A stretch of 64,000 nucleotides of DNA from contig NC_043007.1 in assembly GCF_006345805.1 (NCBI RefSeq), forward strand, positions 25,544,001 through 25,608,000. Reading direction: 5' to 3'. The DNA comes from Octopus sinensis. Its lineage: Eukaryota. Shown piece by piece: positions 37,363 to 49,883 of this stretch. The notes beneath the pieces are model-generated. The model had not been told where the DNA came from. It did no database searches and saw only the letters and a program-made list of their open reading frames with translations. The translations under genes were made by a program, and so were the position numbers. Position 1 is the stretch's first letter. Every line of letters starts with the position of its first letter.

Positions 37363-37996
37363 GTGTGTGTGTATATATTCTTTTATTCCTTTACTTGTTT
37401 CAGTCATTTGACTGCAGCCATGCTGGAGCACCGATCGACCCCAGGACTTATTCTTTGTAAGCCTGGTACTTATTCTATTGGTCTCTTTTGCTGAACCACG
37501 AAGTTATGGGGACGTAAACACACCAACACCAGTTGTCAAATGGTGATGGGGGGGGACAAACAAAGATACACGCATCATCATCATCATCATTTAATGTTCA
37601 TCTTCCATTCTAGCATGGGTGGGACAGTACCACAAGAGCCAGCCAGGCCAAAGCCTGCACCAAACTTCTGTGACTGTTTTGGTAGGATTTTTATAGCTGG
37701 ATGCCCTTCCTAACACCAACCACTCAGCTGAGTGGGCTTCATATATATCATCATCATCAACGTTTAACGTCCGTTCTCCATGCTAGCATGGGTGGGACAT
37801 ATATATATATATATATATAATATATATATATATATATCCATATATGATATATATATACAATGGACTTCTTTCAGTTTCTGTCTATCAAATCCACTCGCAA
37901 GGCTTTGGTCAGCCTGAGGCTGTTCCATGCAGTGGGACTGAACCTGGAACCATGTGGTAGGGAAGCAAGCTTCTTACCACATAGCCACCACTTTGC

Positions 37997-38036
<40 letters not shown>

Positions 38037-38252
38037 ATAAACTTCTGCACATTAATGGGTTGTGTTACTTTGATGCAATATATATCTTATGTATATTTAA
38101 GTATATATCCCTTGCTTCCTTCTTCAGCTGAGTGATCCTAATCTTGTGGTGGTCTCATGTGTGCAGGTGCCATGTAAAAAGCACTTGTGCTAGTGTCGCA
38201 TAAAAGCACCACCTGTGCCAGTGTTGCCTAAAAAGTACCCAGTACATTCTGT

Positions 38253-38558
38253 GTGGAGGCACATGGCCTAGTGGTTAGAGCAGCGGACTCGCGGTCGAGG
38301 GATCACGGGTTCAAATCTCAGACCGGGCGATCTGTGTGTTTATGAGTGAAACACCTAAGCTCCACGCGGCTCCGGCAGAAGTTAATGGCGAAACTTCTGC
38401 TGACTCTTTCGCCACAACTTTCTCTCACTCTTTCCTCCTGCATCTTGCAGCTCACCTGTGATGGACCAGCGTCCCATCCAGGTGGGGAACCTATACGCCA
38501 AGGAAACCGGCCCTTATGAACCGGGCATGGCTCGAGAAGGAACAAACAACAACAACAA
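38253..38558 (+). mobile_element. S4-related SINE with (AAC)n tail nested in an old S5 copy
   Basis: 15-bp TSD cccagtaca(t/c)tctg(t/c) at 38238-38252 and 38559-38573. Confidence 0.8.
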
Positions 38559-38949
38559 CCCAGTACACTCTGCAAAGTGGTTGGCGCTTGTAAGGACATC
38601 CAGTTGGTAAGGACAACCATACCAAAACAGACATGGATCATGAGCGGTTCATCAGCTGGCCAGCTCCTGTCAAACGTCCAGCCCATGCCAGCATTAAAAA
38701 TGGACATTAAATGATGATAATGATGATGATGATGTATGACTGTCTTAATTCCTAAGCATTTTCTGTAACTCAGCTAGTTTTAAATATGGAAATATTTTGG
38801 TTGTAAAATGGAAGATTTCCATTTCATATATTTGTATTCATATTATTAATGAAATATATTGTTGTGTGCTTTAATTACTTTTTAAAATAGCAAAAAATTT
38901 AGCTAGCAGAGATTTAGCAAGATTATGTTTTTTTTTTTTGTTATGGCGT

Positions 38950-39115
38950 AGGCATAGGAGTGGCTGTGTGGCAAGTAGCTTGTTTACTAAGCACATGGTT
39001 CCGGGTTCAGTCCCACTGCGTGGCACCTTGGGCAAGTGTCTTCTATTATAACCTTGGGTCGACCAAAGCCTTGTGAGTGGCTTTGGTAGATGGAAACCGA
39101 AAGAGGCCTGTCGTA

Positions 39116-39161
<46 letters not shown>

Positions 39162-39378
39162 CATATATTTGTGTGTCTGTGTTTTTCCCCCCAACATCGC
39201 TTGACAACGGATGCTGGTGTGTTTACGTCACCGTAACTTAGCGGTTCTGCTAAAGAGACCGTTAGAATAAGTACTAGGCTTACGAAGAATAAGTCCTGAG
39301 GTCAGCTTGTTTGACTAAAGGTGGTGCTCCAGCATGGCCAGAGTCAAATGACTGAAACAAGTAAAAGAGTAGAAGAGT
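38950..39378 (+). mobile_element. S1 SINE, full length
   Basis: Complete family match. Confidence 0.88.
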
Positions 39379-40338
39379 GTAGTTTGTTTGGAACATAGCA
39401 ACTCAAGAAAGTAAAAATTTAAACCTGAAACACCTTGAAACCTTCTCTGAATGAGTTTCTAGGAAGAAAGAAAAAAATAAAAGACGATAAACACTGCCAT
39501 TATTTCGATTAATTTTCAAAATAATGAAGAAATTGATGCAGGGTAGGGGGATGGGTTTCGATATAATAATTAAACTTTATTAATTAATTGGTATATTAAG
39601 CTGTTATTTGGAACACAACAGAAAAGATTCTTGCGTAAAATCACAAAGAAGGGAGGGGTAAGTTTTAATTTAAGCTTTGAATACTTTGATAAGGGTGGTT
39701 TTTATATGAAAGACCCAGGGGCTGTCACAGGTGAAATGCTGTCGGGGTTTGTTGCCACCATGCGTTTTAATTGTTTGTTTTCTTATTTTTGAGTTTTTAG
39801 CAGAATTTTATATTTCATACATGCTAATTACCTATAAAATATAATAAATTTATAAATCACCTGATGCCAGAGTCTTTGTTAATAGCTTTTATATAATTTT
39901 AGTCTCTTGTTACCAACGGAATCATTTAACCATTCCATAATCACAGTTCTTTGACAATGTGTTCCAGTTAATTTTCTTAGTAATCAAAAATAATTTTTTT
40001 TTTGTGTGTGACTGGGGATGGGTCGGTAAAATGTAATTTGTTTTATTGTTCTGTTAAATTGGTGCAATAAAAGTTTTTTTATAGAACAAAACTACAGTAT
40101 AGGCAGCACAGGCATGGCTGTGTGGTAAGAAATTTGCTTCCCAACCATACGGTTCAGTGTTCAGTCCCACTGTGTGGCACCTTGGGCAAGTGTTTTCTGC
40201 TTCGGACTCTGGCTGACTGAAGCCTTGTGAGTGGATTTAGTAGAAGAAAACTGAAAGAAGCCTGTCATGTGACCACGTGTGTACCGTTGGCGATTTTTTT
40301 CCTCTGTCTTCCCTTCTCTGGATCTTTCCTTCTCCTAT

Positions 40339-40373
40339 GTTTCCGACAAAGAGCTCCGCTCAAAACGTTAAAC
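40339..40373 (+). ncRNA. Decayed minimal hammerhead-like motif
   Basis: gttt-CCGACAA-a-gagc tcc gctc-AAAA-cg-TT-aaac; stems intact, G8 and G12 lost. Confidence 0.45.
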
Positions 40374-40487
40374 CCTCCTTCTTTCCTTCTTTCCTGAGCG
40401 TCCAATAATACTATATTTGTTCCACGTCCTCATGTTGTGTTTTTTTGTGCTTTCTTGTTTGGATTAACTATATATATATATATATAT

Positions 40488-40718
40488 ATTTCTTTACTAC
40501 CCACAAGGGGCTAAACACAGAGAGGGCAAACAAGGACAGACAAACGGATTAAGTCGATTACATCGACCCCAGTGCGTAACTGGTACTTGATTTATCAACC
40601 CTGAAAGGATGAAAGGCAAAGTCGACCTCGGTGGAATTTGAACTCAGAACGTAACGGCAGACGAAATACAGCTACACATTTCACCCGGCGTACTAACGTT
40701 TCTGCCAGCTTGCCGCCT
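40488..40718 (-). mobile_element. S2 SINE
   Basis: Full head-to-tail match. Confidence 0.85.
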
Positions 40719-40942
40719 TATTCTTGCAATACATACCAATACATACATTTAAAGCAAAATTTTTTCAGGGGCCCTTAAAATACTATTCTGGATATCCAGT
40801 TTACTGTTTTGTTGCGTGGACCTCCAAAAATCTTATATGGACCCCGGTTGAGAACCTCTGGTCTAACTAAACGCCTGAATGCAAACATGGATGTTTAAGA
40901 CAGACTTATGAAAATGCTTTGGACAGGCATTGGGTCAAGTAT

Positions 40943-41395
40943 CATCATCGTTTAACGTCCGCTTTCCATGCTAGCATGGGTTGGACGATTTGACTGAGGT
41001 CTGGCGAACCAGATGGCTGCACCAGACTTCAATCTGATCTGGCAGAGTTTCTACGGCTGGATGCCCTTCCTAACGCCAACCACTCCGAGAGTGTAGTGGG
41101 TGCTTTTATGTGCCACCTGCACGAGGGCCAGTTTGGTGGTACTGGCGATGGCCACGCCCAAATGGTGCTTTTTATGTACCACCTGCACAGGAGCCAGTCC
41201 AGCGGCACTGGCAACGACCTCGCTCGAATGTTTCACGTGCCACCAGCACAAGCGCTAGTAAGGCGACGCGGTAACGATCACGCTCGAATGGCGTGTTTAA
41301 TGTGCCATCGGCACGAAGGCCAGCTTGTTGCTCTGGCAACGATCTCACTCACATGGTACTCTTAGCGCTCCACTAGCAACGGATGCCAGTCACAA
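40943..41395 (-). mobile_element. S5 RTE-like 3' end (long copy)
   Basis: (ATC)n plus ~450-bp body; ends ~130 bp before the FBXO11 acceptor. Confidence 0.82.
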
Positions 41396-41523
41396 CATAA
41401 CTAACACTTAAGTACCTATTATGACATAAATAATACTTCCAGGTTTCTTTAAATACATTTGATGACAGGTGACACCCTAACGAATTTATGATGTTATTTC
41501 AATCCATATTTCTTTAATTGCAG

Positions 41524-41653
41524 GCGAGTTCTATACAAAGATGTGTTTGAGTATGACAAGCCATTAATGAACCCTGATTCAAAGACATTTAACTTTGTCT
41601 CACCTGAAGAACAAAAGAATCAAAATTCATGGAAAGAAAGTTTTTGCCAATTG
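41524..41653 (+). CDS. FBXO11: FBXO11 next coding exon
   Basis: TTGCAG acceptor, GTAAAT donor at 41654. The first G completes the TGG (W) split from the 9775 exon, then RVLYKDVFEYDKPLMNPDSKTFNFVSPEEQKNQNSWKESFCQL, collinear with recalled vertebrate [43 protein letters not shown]. Confidence 0.93.
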
Positions 41654-41867
41654 GTAAATATCAGGTTTTATTTATTCTCGTCATAAATGATGTTTATCAG
41701 TATTTTTGCTTTTATTTTCATGCACTTTGTTACTTAAAAAGCTGTTTTAAGAAGGAGGTCTCTAAAAAAATTGTCTCAAATAAGAAGGTCTTTAAAAGCA
41801 TCTTAAAAATATCTTAAAATATTGTCCTAAAATGCTGACTTAAAATGCTCAAAAAATGTTGTCTTAA

Positions 41868-42086
41868 CCCTTTAGTATTCAAACCAGCCATATCCGGCCA
41901 AAATATTTAACCTGTTTTATGTTCAAACTGACCAGATCCAGGCTCTCACACCTACCCTACAATGTTATTCTACATTAAGTAATTACACCATCAAGATCTT
42001 GAAGATATGAGATAATGCATGATTAATTCAAATCAATGGGAATCAATAAGCATTATGTTTGATAGAATAATCTGAACACTAAAGGG
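41868..42086. mobile_element. piggyBac-type MITE with TTAA TSD
   Basis: TTAA-ccctttagtattca ... tgaacactaaaggg-TTAA (13/14 TIR match). Confidence 0.9.
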
Positions 42087-42494
42087 TTAAGAGTTGACCA
42101 CCCAAGGATCAGTTTGTGATGCTACCCTGGAGTGTGTGTTAGGTTTATCATCCTAATAGAGGCATCCAAAGAATAGATGGTGTTGACCCAGGAGGTGTGT
42201 TTATTTAGATAACCACCCTACTGAGGCGACACAAAGGTCAGGAGGTATGTCAGACCTACCACCCTACTAAAGGTACCCAGGGACCGACCGACCAAGCGAC
42301 GATATTACATCAGGCAGCAGCGTGTGTCAGACCTACTCCCACTGCAGCCTGAGTTAATGTCAGATTTAAAGTGGAGGTCCATGACCTTTCTTCCTACGCC
42401 TAAATGGCTTCAGTTTGTTGGTAAAGTGCCGCCTTCCCTCGCAAAACACAAACTGGACCAGCTGCTGTCAGCAACAACATTTCACCACTTATTG

Positions 42495-42990
42495 ATTTCT
42501 CTTTCTTTCTTTCTTTCTTTCTTTTCGTTCTTTCCTTTTTCTTTCTTTCTTTCTTTCCTTTTCTTTGTTCTTTCTTTTCTTTCCTTTCCTTTTTCTTTCT
42601 TTCTTTCTTTCATTCTTTCTTTCTTTCTTTTCTTTTGTTTTTCTTATTCCGTTTGTTCTTTCTTTCTTTATTTGTTTCTTTCTTTCTCTCATTCTTTCTT
42701 TTGTTCATCCTTTCTATCTTTCTTTCTTTCTTTCTTTCATTCTTTCTTTTGTTCTTTCTTTTGTTTGTTCTTTATTTCGTTTGTTCTTTCTTTCTTTCTT
42801 TATTTGTTTCTTTCTTTATTTATTTGTTTCTTTCTTTCTCTCATTCTTTCTTTTGTTCATCCTTTCTATCTTTCATTCTTTCTTTTCTCTTTTCTTTCTT
42901 TTCTTTCTTTTCTTTTTCTTTCTCTCATTCCTTTCTTCTTTTTCTTTCCTTTTCTCATGTATGCTTCTTGTTTTTCTCTTTATCTGCTTT
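42495..42990. repeat. Degenerate (TTTC)n tract
   Basis: Directly visible. Confidence 0.92.
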
Positions 42991-43022
42991 TCCAGTCTTG
43001 TATGGATTTACTGATTAGATGT

Positions 43023-43054
<32 letters not shown>

Positions 43055-43352
43055 GTGTATGTCTGTGTATAGATGTTTGCATGTATATGTGTGAGTGTAT
43101 ACACTCGCATGTAGCTGCAAGACTGTTGATTTCTTCAGTTAATTCGCCATAACCATAACCAAAATTGCAGAGACGCACATGTGCTACGTATGTATATACA
43201 AAAACAAGCGCACATACACATAAAAACACCCTCAAATACATACATACATATATATATATGTATATATTTATATTAAGGGCATTACTATACATAAATGCCT
43301 CATGCTACGAGGGACTCTAAAAGTCAAAACTACCATAATAAACACACACAGA

Positions 43353-43392
<40 letters not shown>

Positions 43393-43599
43393 AACATGCA
43401 CACTTTCATACTCTGAAACACACACATTTAATAATAATATATACACACACATAATGGTTTATTATGTGAGACAGAAATCAATTTCTAAATATCTGATTAG
43501 TTTATAAATTATAGATACATTCTGATATATCTTTTAAACTCACCCTCTGCTCTATTCTTACATTTTACATGGACTTCTGGTGTCCATGAAATATTTGAC

Positions 43600-43692
43600 C
43601 TTTTAAACTTGTTACCAGCCTCTCTCTCTCTCTCACACACACACACACATACACTCTCTCTCTCTCTCTCTCACACACACACATACACACAT

Positions 43693-43723
<31 letters not shown>

Positions 43724-43816
43724 GACACACACTCTCTCTCTCTCTCACACACACACATACTCTCTCTCTCTCTGCCTTCCCTTCCTCTCCACTTTTTGTC
43801 TGTACATTTAATGGCA

Positions 43817-43859
<43 letters not shown>

Positions 43860-44124
43860 TTGTATATGCATATATGTGTGTATATATATATATATATAAG
43901 TATATATACACATATATGTAATATATATGATACATATACACACAGTTATACACATACATACACATATTCATATATATGCATATATATATATATACACATA
44001 ATTATATACACACTCACACACAATATATATACATACACACACACATATAAATATATATACAATATGTACAGATATACGCACACACACACAAATAATCCTT
44101 CCTTTCATAAACACAGTTGCACAA

Positions 44125-44157
<33 letters not shown>

Positions 44158-44166
44158 AATAATATA

Positions 44167-44200
<34 letters not shown>

Positions 44201-44205
44201 CATAT
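43600..44205. repeat. (CT)/(CA)/(TA) compound microsatellites
   Basis: Directly visible. Confidence 0.9.
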
Positions 44206-44629
44206 GAAAGTAAATTTCCTTTGCATGTTTTCATGACTCAGTTTGTGATTTGTCTTGGGGTGATAATCCATTAACATTATCCCAAACTGTGAAAATACAT
44301 TAACATCTGACATATTCTGTCAACCTTTCTTTTAGCACGTTGTCTTAACTTTCAGACTTGAGGTGAATTTATTTAGCTCAGCCCCCCCAACACCACCCTA
44401 TTGCTCCCCACTTGTTGCATTTTCTGATATAGACAATCACACACACACACACACACACACATCGATATATACTTTCTCGCATGATGGGCTTCTTTCAATT
44501 TCTGCCTACCAAATCCGCTCACAAGTTTTCGGTCAGCCTGAGGTTATAGAAGGAGACACTTAACTCTACGTGCTCTGCAATGGGACTGAACCTGAAACCA
44601 TGTGGTTGCAGAAACAAGCTTCTTATATG

Positions 44630-44677
<48 letters not shown>

Positions 44678-44757
44678 TTGATTTGTCTATGCAAACAAGA
44701 AAATAAAATTCAAAACAGTTTGATTAAAACAGTTTGAACCAAACTGTTTTGATCCAT

Positions 44758-44919
44758 AGGTGCAGGTGTGGCTGTGTGCTAAGAATCTTGCTTCCCAACC
44801 CCATGGTTCTAGGTTCAGTTCCACTGCATGTTACCTCAGACAAATGTCTTCTACTATAGCCTCAGGCCGACCAAAGCCTTGTGAGTGAATTCGGTAGAAG
44901 GAAACTGAAGGAAGCCTAT

Positions 44920-44952
<33 letters not shown>

Positions 44953-45190
44953 TTACATAAATATATGTATGTATATTTATGTGTGTGTGTGTGTGTGTTT
45001 CTGTCACCCCGGCATTGCTTGACAACCCATGTTGGTGTGTTTATGTCCCTGAAACTTAGTGGTTCAGCAAAAGAACTGACTGGATAAGTACAAGACTTAG
45101 TCCTAGAGTTGATTTGTTCGACTAGGAAGTGGTGCTCCAGCATGGCCGCAGTCAAATGACTGAAATAAGTGAAAGAGTAAAAGAAAGAAA
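44758..45190 (+). mobile_element. S1 SINE (inverted relative to an S1 head at 44480-44625)
   Basis: Family match. Confidence 0.8.
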
Positions 45191-45269
45191 AGAACAAGTT
45201 TCTTGTCCAAAGACAACATGCCACTGGAAATTGAACTCACAACCTCACGAATGTGAGCTGAACGCCTTA

Positions 45270-45371
45270 ACACACACACACACTCTCTGTCTGTCTGTCT
45301 GTCTCTCTCTCTCTGTCTCTCTCTGTCTGTCTGCCTGTCTCTCTCTGTCTGTCTGTCTCTCTCTCTTTCTC

Positions 45372-45405
<34 letters not shown>

Positions 45406-45510
45406 GTAGTCTGTCTGTCTCGGTCTGCTCTCTGTCTTGTCTGTCTGTCTGTTGTCTATGTCTGTCTGTCTACTCCCCCCCCTCTCTCCTCTTTCTCTCT
45501 CTCTCTCTCC

Positions 45511-45568
<58 letters not shown>

Positions 45569-45570
45569 GC
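45270..45570. repeat. (CTGT)/(CT) tract
   Basis: Directly visible. Confidence 0.92.
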
Positions 45571-46419
45571 TAAATTCCATGCAAAAGACAAGGATCAACT
45601 TAAAATTATAGAAGAAGAGACATCTCCCCCAATATTCTTTCCTAACCTCATGGTTGTGGAGCAAACTTTGTAACTACTCAGTTATTCCTTGAGCACAGCA
45701 GAAATTCTATTTGTTTCTCTCCAAGATTCGTTCTCCTCAAGTAATCTCGTCAGATTCTTTAGTCTGCATCGAGTCTCTTCTATAACTCGTGCCTTTGTTA
45801 TTCCAAGAATAACCTAAATCCAAAACTCAGGAATACTGATCTCATTTTCAGCTTTGTAGTTGTTGTTGTTATTGCAGTTGTTGTTGTTTGCATTATTTGT
45901 TTCTTTGAGGACTTATTTGTTCTTCTTTTTGAATTCTGTAAATTTATTAATTCTCTAGAGAGATACAGCACTTGTGGAACTGCCATAATTTAATATCATT
46001 CCTTTGAAAAGGAAAACACTTTGCTGTCGTATGGCTTTATATTCTTCACTTCAGCCCTCTTATCGTTCTTCGCATCACCTTCTCTATCATCACCCTCTCA
46101 TCCAGGGAGAAAGGATGGTGAAATGTGAGCATGTAGAGGAAGGATGGTGAAATGTGTGCGAGTAGAGGTGAAAAGGAAGTGAGGATGTTGGCAAAAGGAT
46201 TTCAGTGATTCTCAGTCAGGGTCCTCATGGCCCTTGGAGGTCCCTATAAGATTTCATTGTTAAAATTAGTCTGCAATAAATTGGTTATACTTCCACAATG
46301 CATAAAATATTTCAGGTTTTTTTTACTCAGTTTCTAATAATATTTCGTTTTTGGATTTGGTTTGCAAGATTCTTTATATGAGTTTGTGTGTTGGAGCATA
46401 TTCTGTTGTGTCTGGGGAG

Positions 46420-46690
46420 AGTCATTTTCTTTTTGTGCCGGCTGTTGGCACGTAAAAAGCACCAACCGATCATGGCCGCTGCCAGCCTCCCCTGGCACCT
46501 GTGCTGGTGGCACGTAAAAAGCACCCACTACACTCACGGAGTGGTTGGCGTTAGGAGGGGCATCCAGCTGTAGAAACACTGCCAGATCAGACTGGAGCCT
46601 GGTGCAGCCCCCTGGCTTCCCAGACCCCGGTCGAACCGTCCAACCCGGGCTAGCACAGAAAACAGGCGTTAAACGATGATGATGATGATG
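46420..46690 (+). mobile_element. S5 RTE-like 3' end
   Basis: (GAT)n tail. Confidence 0.8.
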
Positions 46691-46740
46691 AATGTAACAC
46701 ACTCACTGGTAAAATTTCTACTTATTTCTTATTTTTATTT

Positions 46741-46781
46741 TCTTAAAATTTTCGTTGCGTCTTGCAACCTTTTCAATAGTC
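46741..46781 (-). ncRNA. Minimal hammerhead motif with U3-A8 core
   Basis: Minus strand: gacta-TTGAAAA-g-gttgc aagac gcaac-GAAA-at-TT-taaga; AATAAA follows. Confidence 0.6.
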
Positions 46782-47079
46782 TTGACTCCTAATTCCAAAA
46801 ATACTGTACGATTTACATCAAAATGTTATAAAGGTCCATCTGTGTAGAATAGGAACCAAAGGGTTCCTTAGGTGTAAAAACGGCTGAAAACCACTGTGTT
46901 ATGTGCATGTGGCTGAGGGAAGTGAATGTGGGTAAATAGCAATGAGAGTGAGTGTGGTTGAAAAGGTAGTGAATGGACACTAGCATGGCTGTGGGGTGTA
47001 GGGGCAGCACTTTTGGATCTGCTGTAAGCAATATTTTTTTTATGTGGGGTCCAGGGGTTGCAGACGGAAGGGCTGCCCC

Positions 47080-47710
47080 CACTCCTCGGTGTGTGGATGA
47101 AAGAGGGTTGTGTGGAAGAAAGAATGGTGAGATTGTGCGTGAAAGTATGAGTGAAAGGGCAGTGAATGTGGGAGAAAGGGTAGTGAGTGTAGTTGAAAGT
47201 GTGATGAGAGTGTGAGCAAAAGGTTAGTGAGTGTGAATGAAATTGTGGTGTGAGTGTGAGTGAAAGGAGAGTGAGTGTGAGTGAAAGGGTAGTGATTGTG
47301 TGATGAAAGAGCAGTGAGTGTGGGTGAAAGTGTGGTGAATGTGAGCAAACAGTCAGTGAGTGTGGGTGAACGTGTGGTGAGTGTATGAGTGAAAGGGCAG
47401 TGAGTGTGGGAGAAAGGGTAGTGAGTGTGGTTGGAAGTGTAATGAAAGTGTGAGTGAAAGGGTAGTGAGTGTGGGTGAGGGTGTAGGTGATAGCATGGTG
47501 AGAGTGGGTGAAAGGGCTGTGAGTGTGGGTGAGAAGGTAGTGAGGGTGTAAGTGAAAGGGCAGCGAGTGTGGGTGAAAACGTGGTGAGAGTGTGAGTGAA
47601 AGGAATAGTTGAGTGCAGGTTAGGGGATGGTGAGAGTGTTAGTGAAGAGGTTGTGAGTAAATGTGGATGAAACATTGATGAGAATATGAGTGAAGGGTGG
47701 TGAGTGTATG
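47080..47710. repeat. Degenerate gtgagtgtgggtgaaagg minisatellite
   Basis: Repeated G/T/A-rich unit with very few C. Confidence 0.85.
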
Positions 47711-47856
47711 GGGTGGGTGGTAACGGGGTGGCATGTTTGAAGGTAACTGGATCATCATCATGTGAAAGATGTTCGTTAGAAATAACTTTCTTTGATTAAC
47801 GAAGGCATTATCCCTTTTCTGTTCTGTTTTGCTTCTCATCAAATACCAGATTTATT

Positions 47857-48277
47857 TCTTACTCTTTTACTCTTTTTTACTCTTTTACGTGTTTCAGTCA
47901 TTTGACTGCGGCCATGCTGGAGCACCACCTTTGGTCGAGCAACTCGACCCCGGGACTTATTCTTTTTGTAAGCCCAGTACTTATTCTATCGGTCTCTTTT
48001 GCCGAACCGCTAAGTAACAGGGACGTAAACACACCAGCATCGGTTGTCAAGCAATGCTAGGGGGACAAACACAGACACACAAACAAACACACATACATAT
48101 ATATACATATATACGACAGGCTTCTTTCAGTTTCCGTCTACCAAATCCACTCACAAGGCATTGGTCGGCCCGGGGCTATAGCAGAAGACACTTGCCCAAG
48201 ATGCCACGCAGTGGGACTGAACCCGGAACCATGTGGTTGGTTAGCAAGCTACTTACCACACAGCCACTCCTGCGCCT
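47857..48277 (-). mobile_element. S1 SINE, full length
   Basis: Complete family match. Confidence 0.9.
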
Positions 48278-48344
48278 ATACTATACTGCGCTGCCGTGAC
48301 CAGGATTTCTGCGTACATTTCATGTTTGACTCCAAGTAAATAAT

Positions 48345-48930
48345 AACTTGTAAGGGAGAGAGGTGGGGTGAAGGAGAGAAATGGTGAGAGAGGGAGGTGG
48401 GGGTAAGGAAGAGGACGGAGTAAGAAAGAGTGGTGGGTAATGTAGAGAAATGGTGAAAGAGAGAGAGAGAGAGAGAGAGGAGAGAGCAGTGGAGGGTAAT
48501 AGAGAGATGAGGAAGAGACAGAGGTGTGAGTGAAATAGAGAAAGAGAGGTAGGGGCAAAAATGAGGGAGAGAGAGGTGGGTTAAAAAAGGAGGGAGAGAC
48601 GGAGGAAGGAGTTGGGTAAGTGAGATAGAGAAAAATAGTTGGGGGTAAAACAGAGGAAGAGGGGGAGGCGGGAGTGAGATAAAGAGAGGTGAGTTAAAAA
48701 AGGGGGAGAAAGACAGAAAAAGGAGTTGGGTAAGAGAGAGAGAGAGAGAGAGAGAGTTGGGGGTAAGGTAGAGGAAGAGAGAGGTGAGAGTAAGGGAGAG
48801 AAAGGGAAAGAGAGATAGAACAAGGAGCTGGGTGAGAGAGATAGAGAGTTGGGATAAGGTAGAGGAAGAAGGAGGTGAGAGTAAGGAGAGAAAGAGAGGT
48901 GGGGTAAGGGAGAGGAAGAGAGAGAAATGT
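48345..48930. repeat. Polypurine (GA-rich) tract
   Basis: Directly visible. Confidence 0.9.
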
Positions 48931-49703
48931 TTATAAAGTTGAAATCTCTGTATTTACTCAACAGCCTATTATGATCAGATTACATGTGATCAAGTCTTGT
49001 GTTTGGAAAAAAAGATAAAAATCTACCGGAATTTTCTTTCATTTTCCATTGACTTGATCAGAATGAAGAGGGGGAGTACACGTGACCTATTTTAGGGCCA
49101 CCCTGAGACTGTTGGTAGGGAGGGAAGAACGGAAGTAAGGAAGGAAGGAAGGAGGCTAGCCCTAGACTGGGGGTGGGGTGGGTGGTAGATCTGACTTGAA
49201 TGCTTGCATCAGAGATGCACCTAAATTAAAAGCACCTGAGGCCCAGGTGGGTGAAGGCGTGTGGCCTAGTGGTTAGGGTGTTGCACTGACAATCGTGAGA
49301 TCTTGGTTTCGATTCCTAGACCAGGCGGTGTGTTGTTTTCTTGCGCAAAACACTTCGTTTCATGATACTCCTGTCCAGTCCAATCAGCTACAGATAACTG
49401 ACCCCAACAACGGACTGGTGACCCATTCAGCAGGGGAGGTTATAACCTCCGGGCATTTGCGATAGTTTTTGTAGAGTTACTCTTTCACTCTTTTGCTTGT
49501 TTCAGTCATTTGACTGTGGCCATGCTGGAGCACCGCCTTTAATCGAGCAACTCGACCCCGGGACTTATTCTTTGTAAGCCTAGTACTTATTCTATCAGTC
49601 TCTTTTGCTGAACCACTTAGTTACGAGGATGTAAACACACCAACATCGGTTGTCAAGCAATGTTGGAGGGGACAAACACAGACACACAAACATATAACAC
49701 CGG

Positions 49704-49764
49704 AGCAATCTCAAGATTAATCAGCCGAAATTGCTAAGATGATCTGTTCTTGACTGATGACTGA
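49704..49764 (+). ncRNA. Hammerhead-like motif with non-circularly permuted strand order
   Basis: agcaat-C-tcaaga-ttaa-tcagcc-GAAA-ttgct-(12 nt)-tcttga-CTGATGA-ctga; two perfect 6-bp stems in catalytic register. Confidence 0.5.
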
Positions 49765-49852
49765 GGGCTCGATGTCCCGCCTGTGGTTCTCGTCTCTGTG
49801 GTGTTTATGTTCTCCATGTCTGTAATTATTTTTACTGTTTACCTATATATCT

Positions 49853-49879
<27 letters not shown>

Positions 49880-49883
<4 letters not shown>

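Larger units (their letters stand above)
9776..41523 (+). other. FBXO11: FBXO11 phase-2 intron, 31,748 bp
   Basis: GT...AG ends with frame-compatible flanking exons. Confidence 0.88.
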
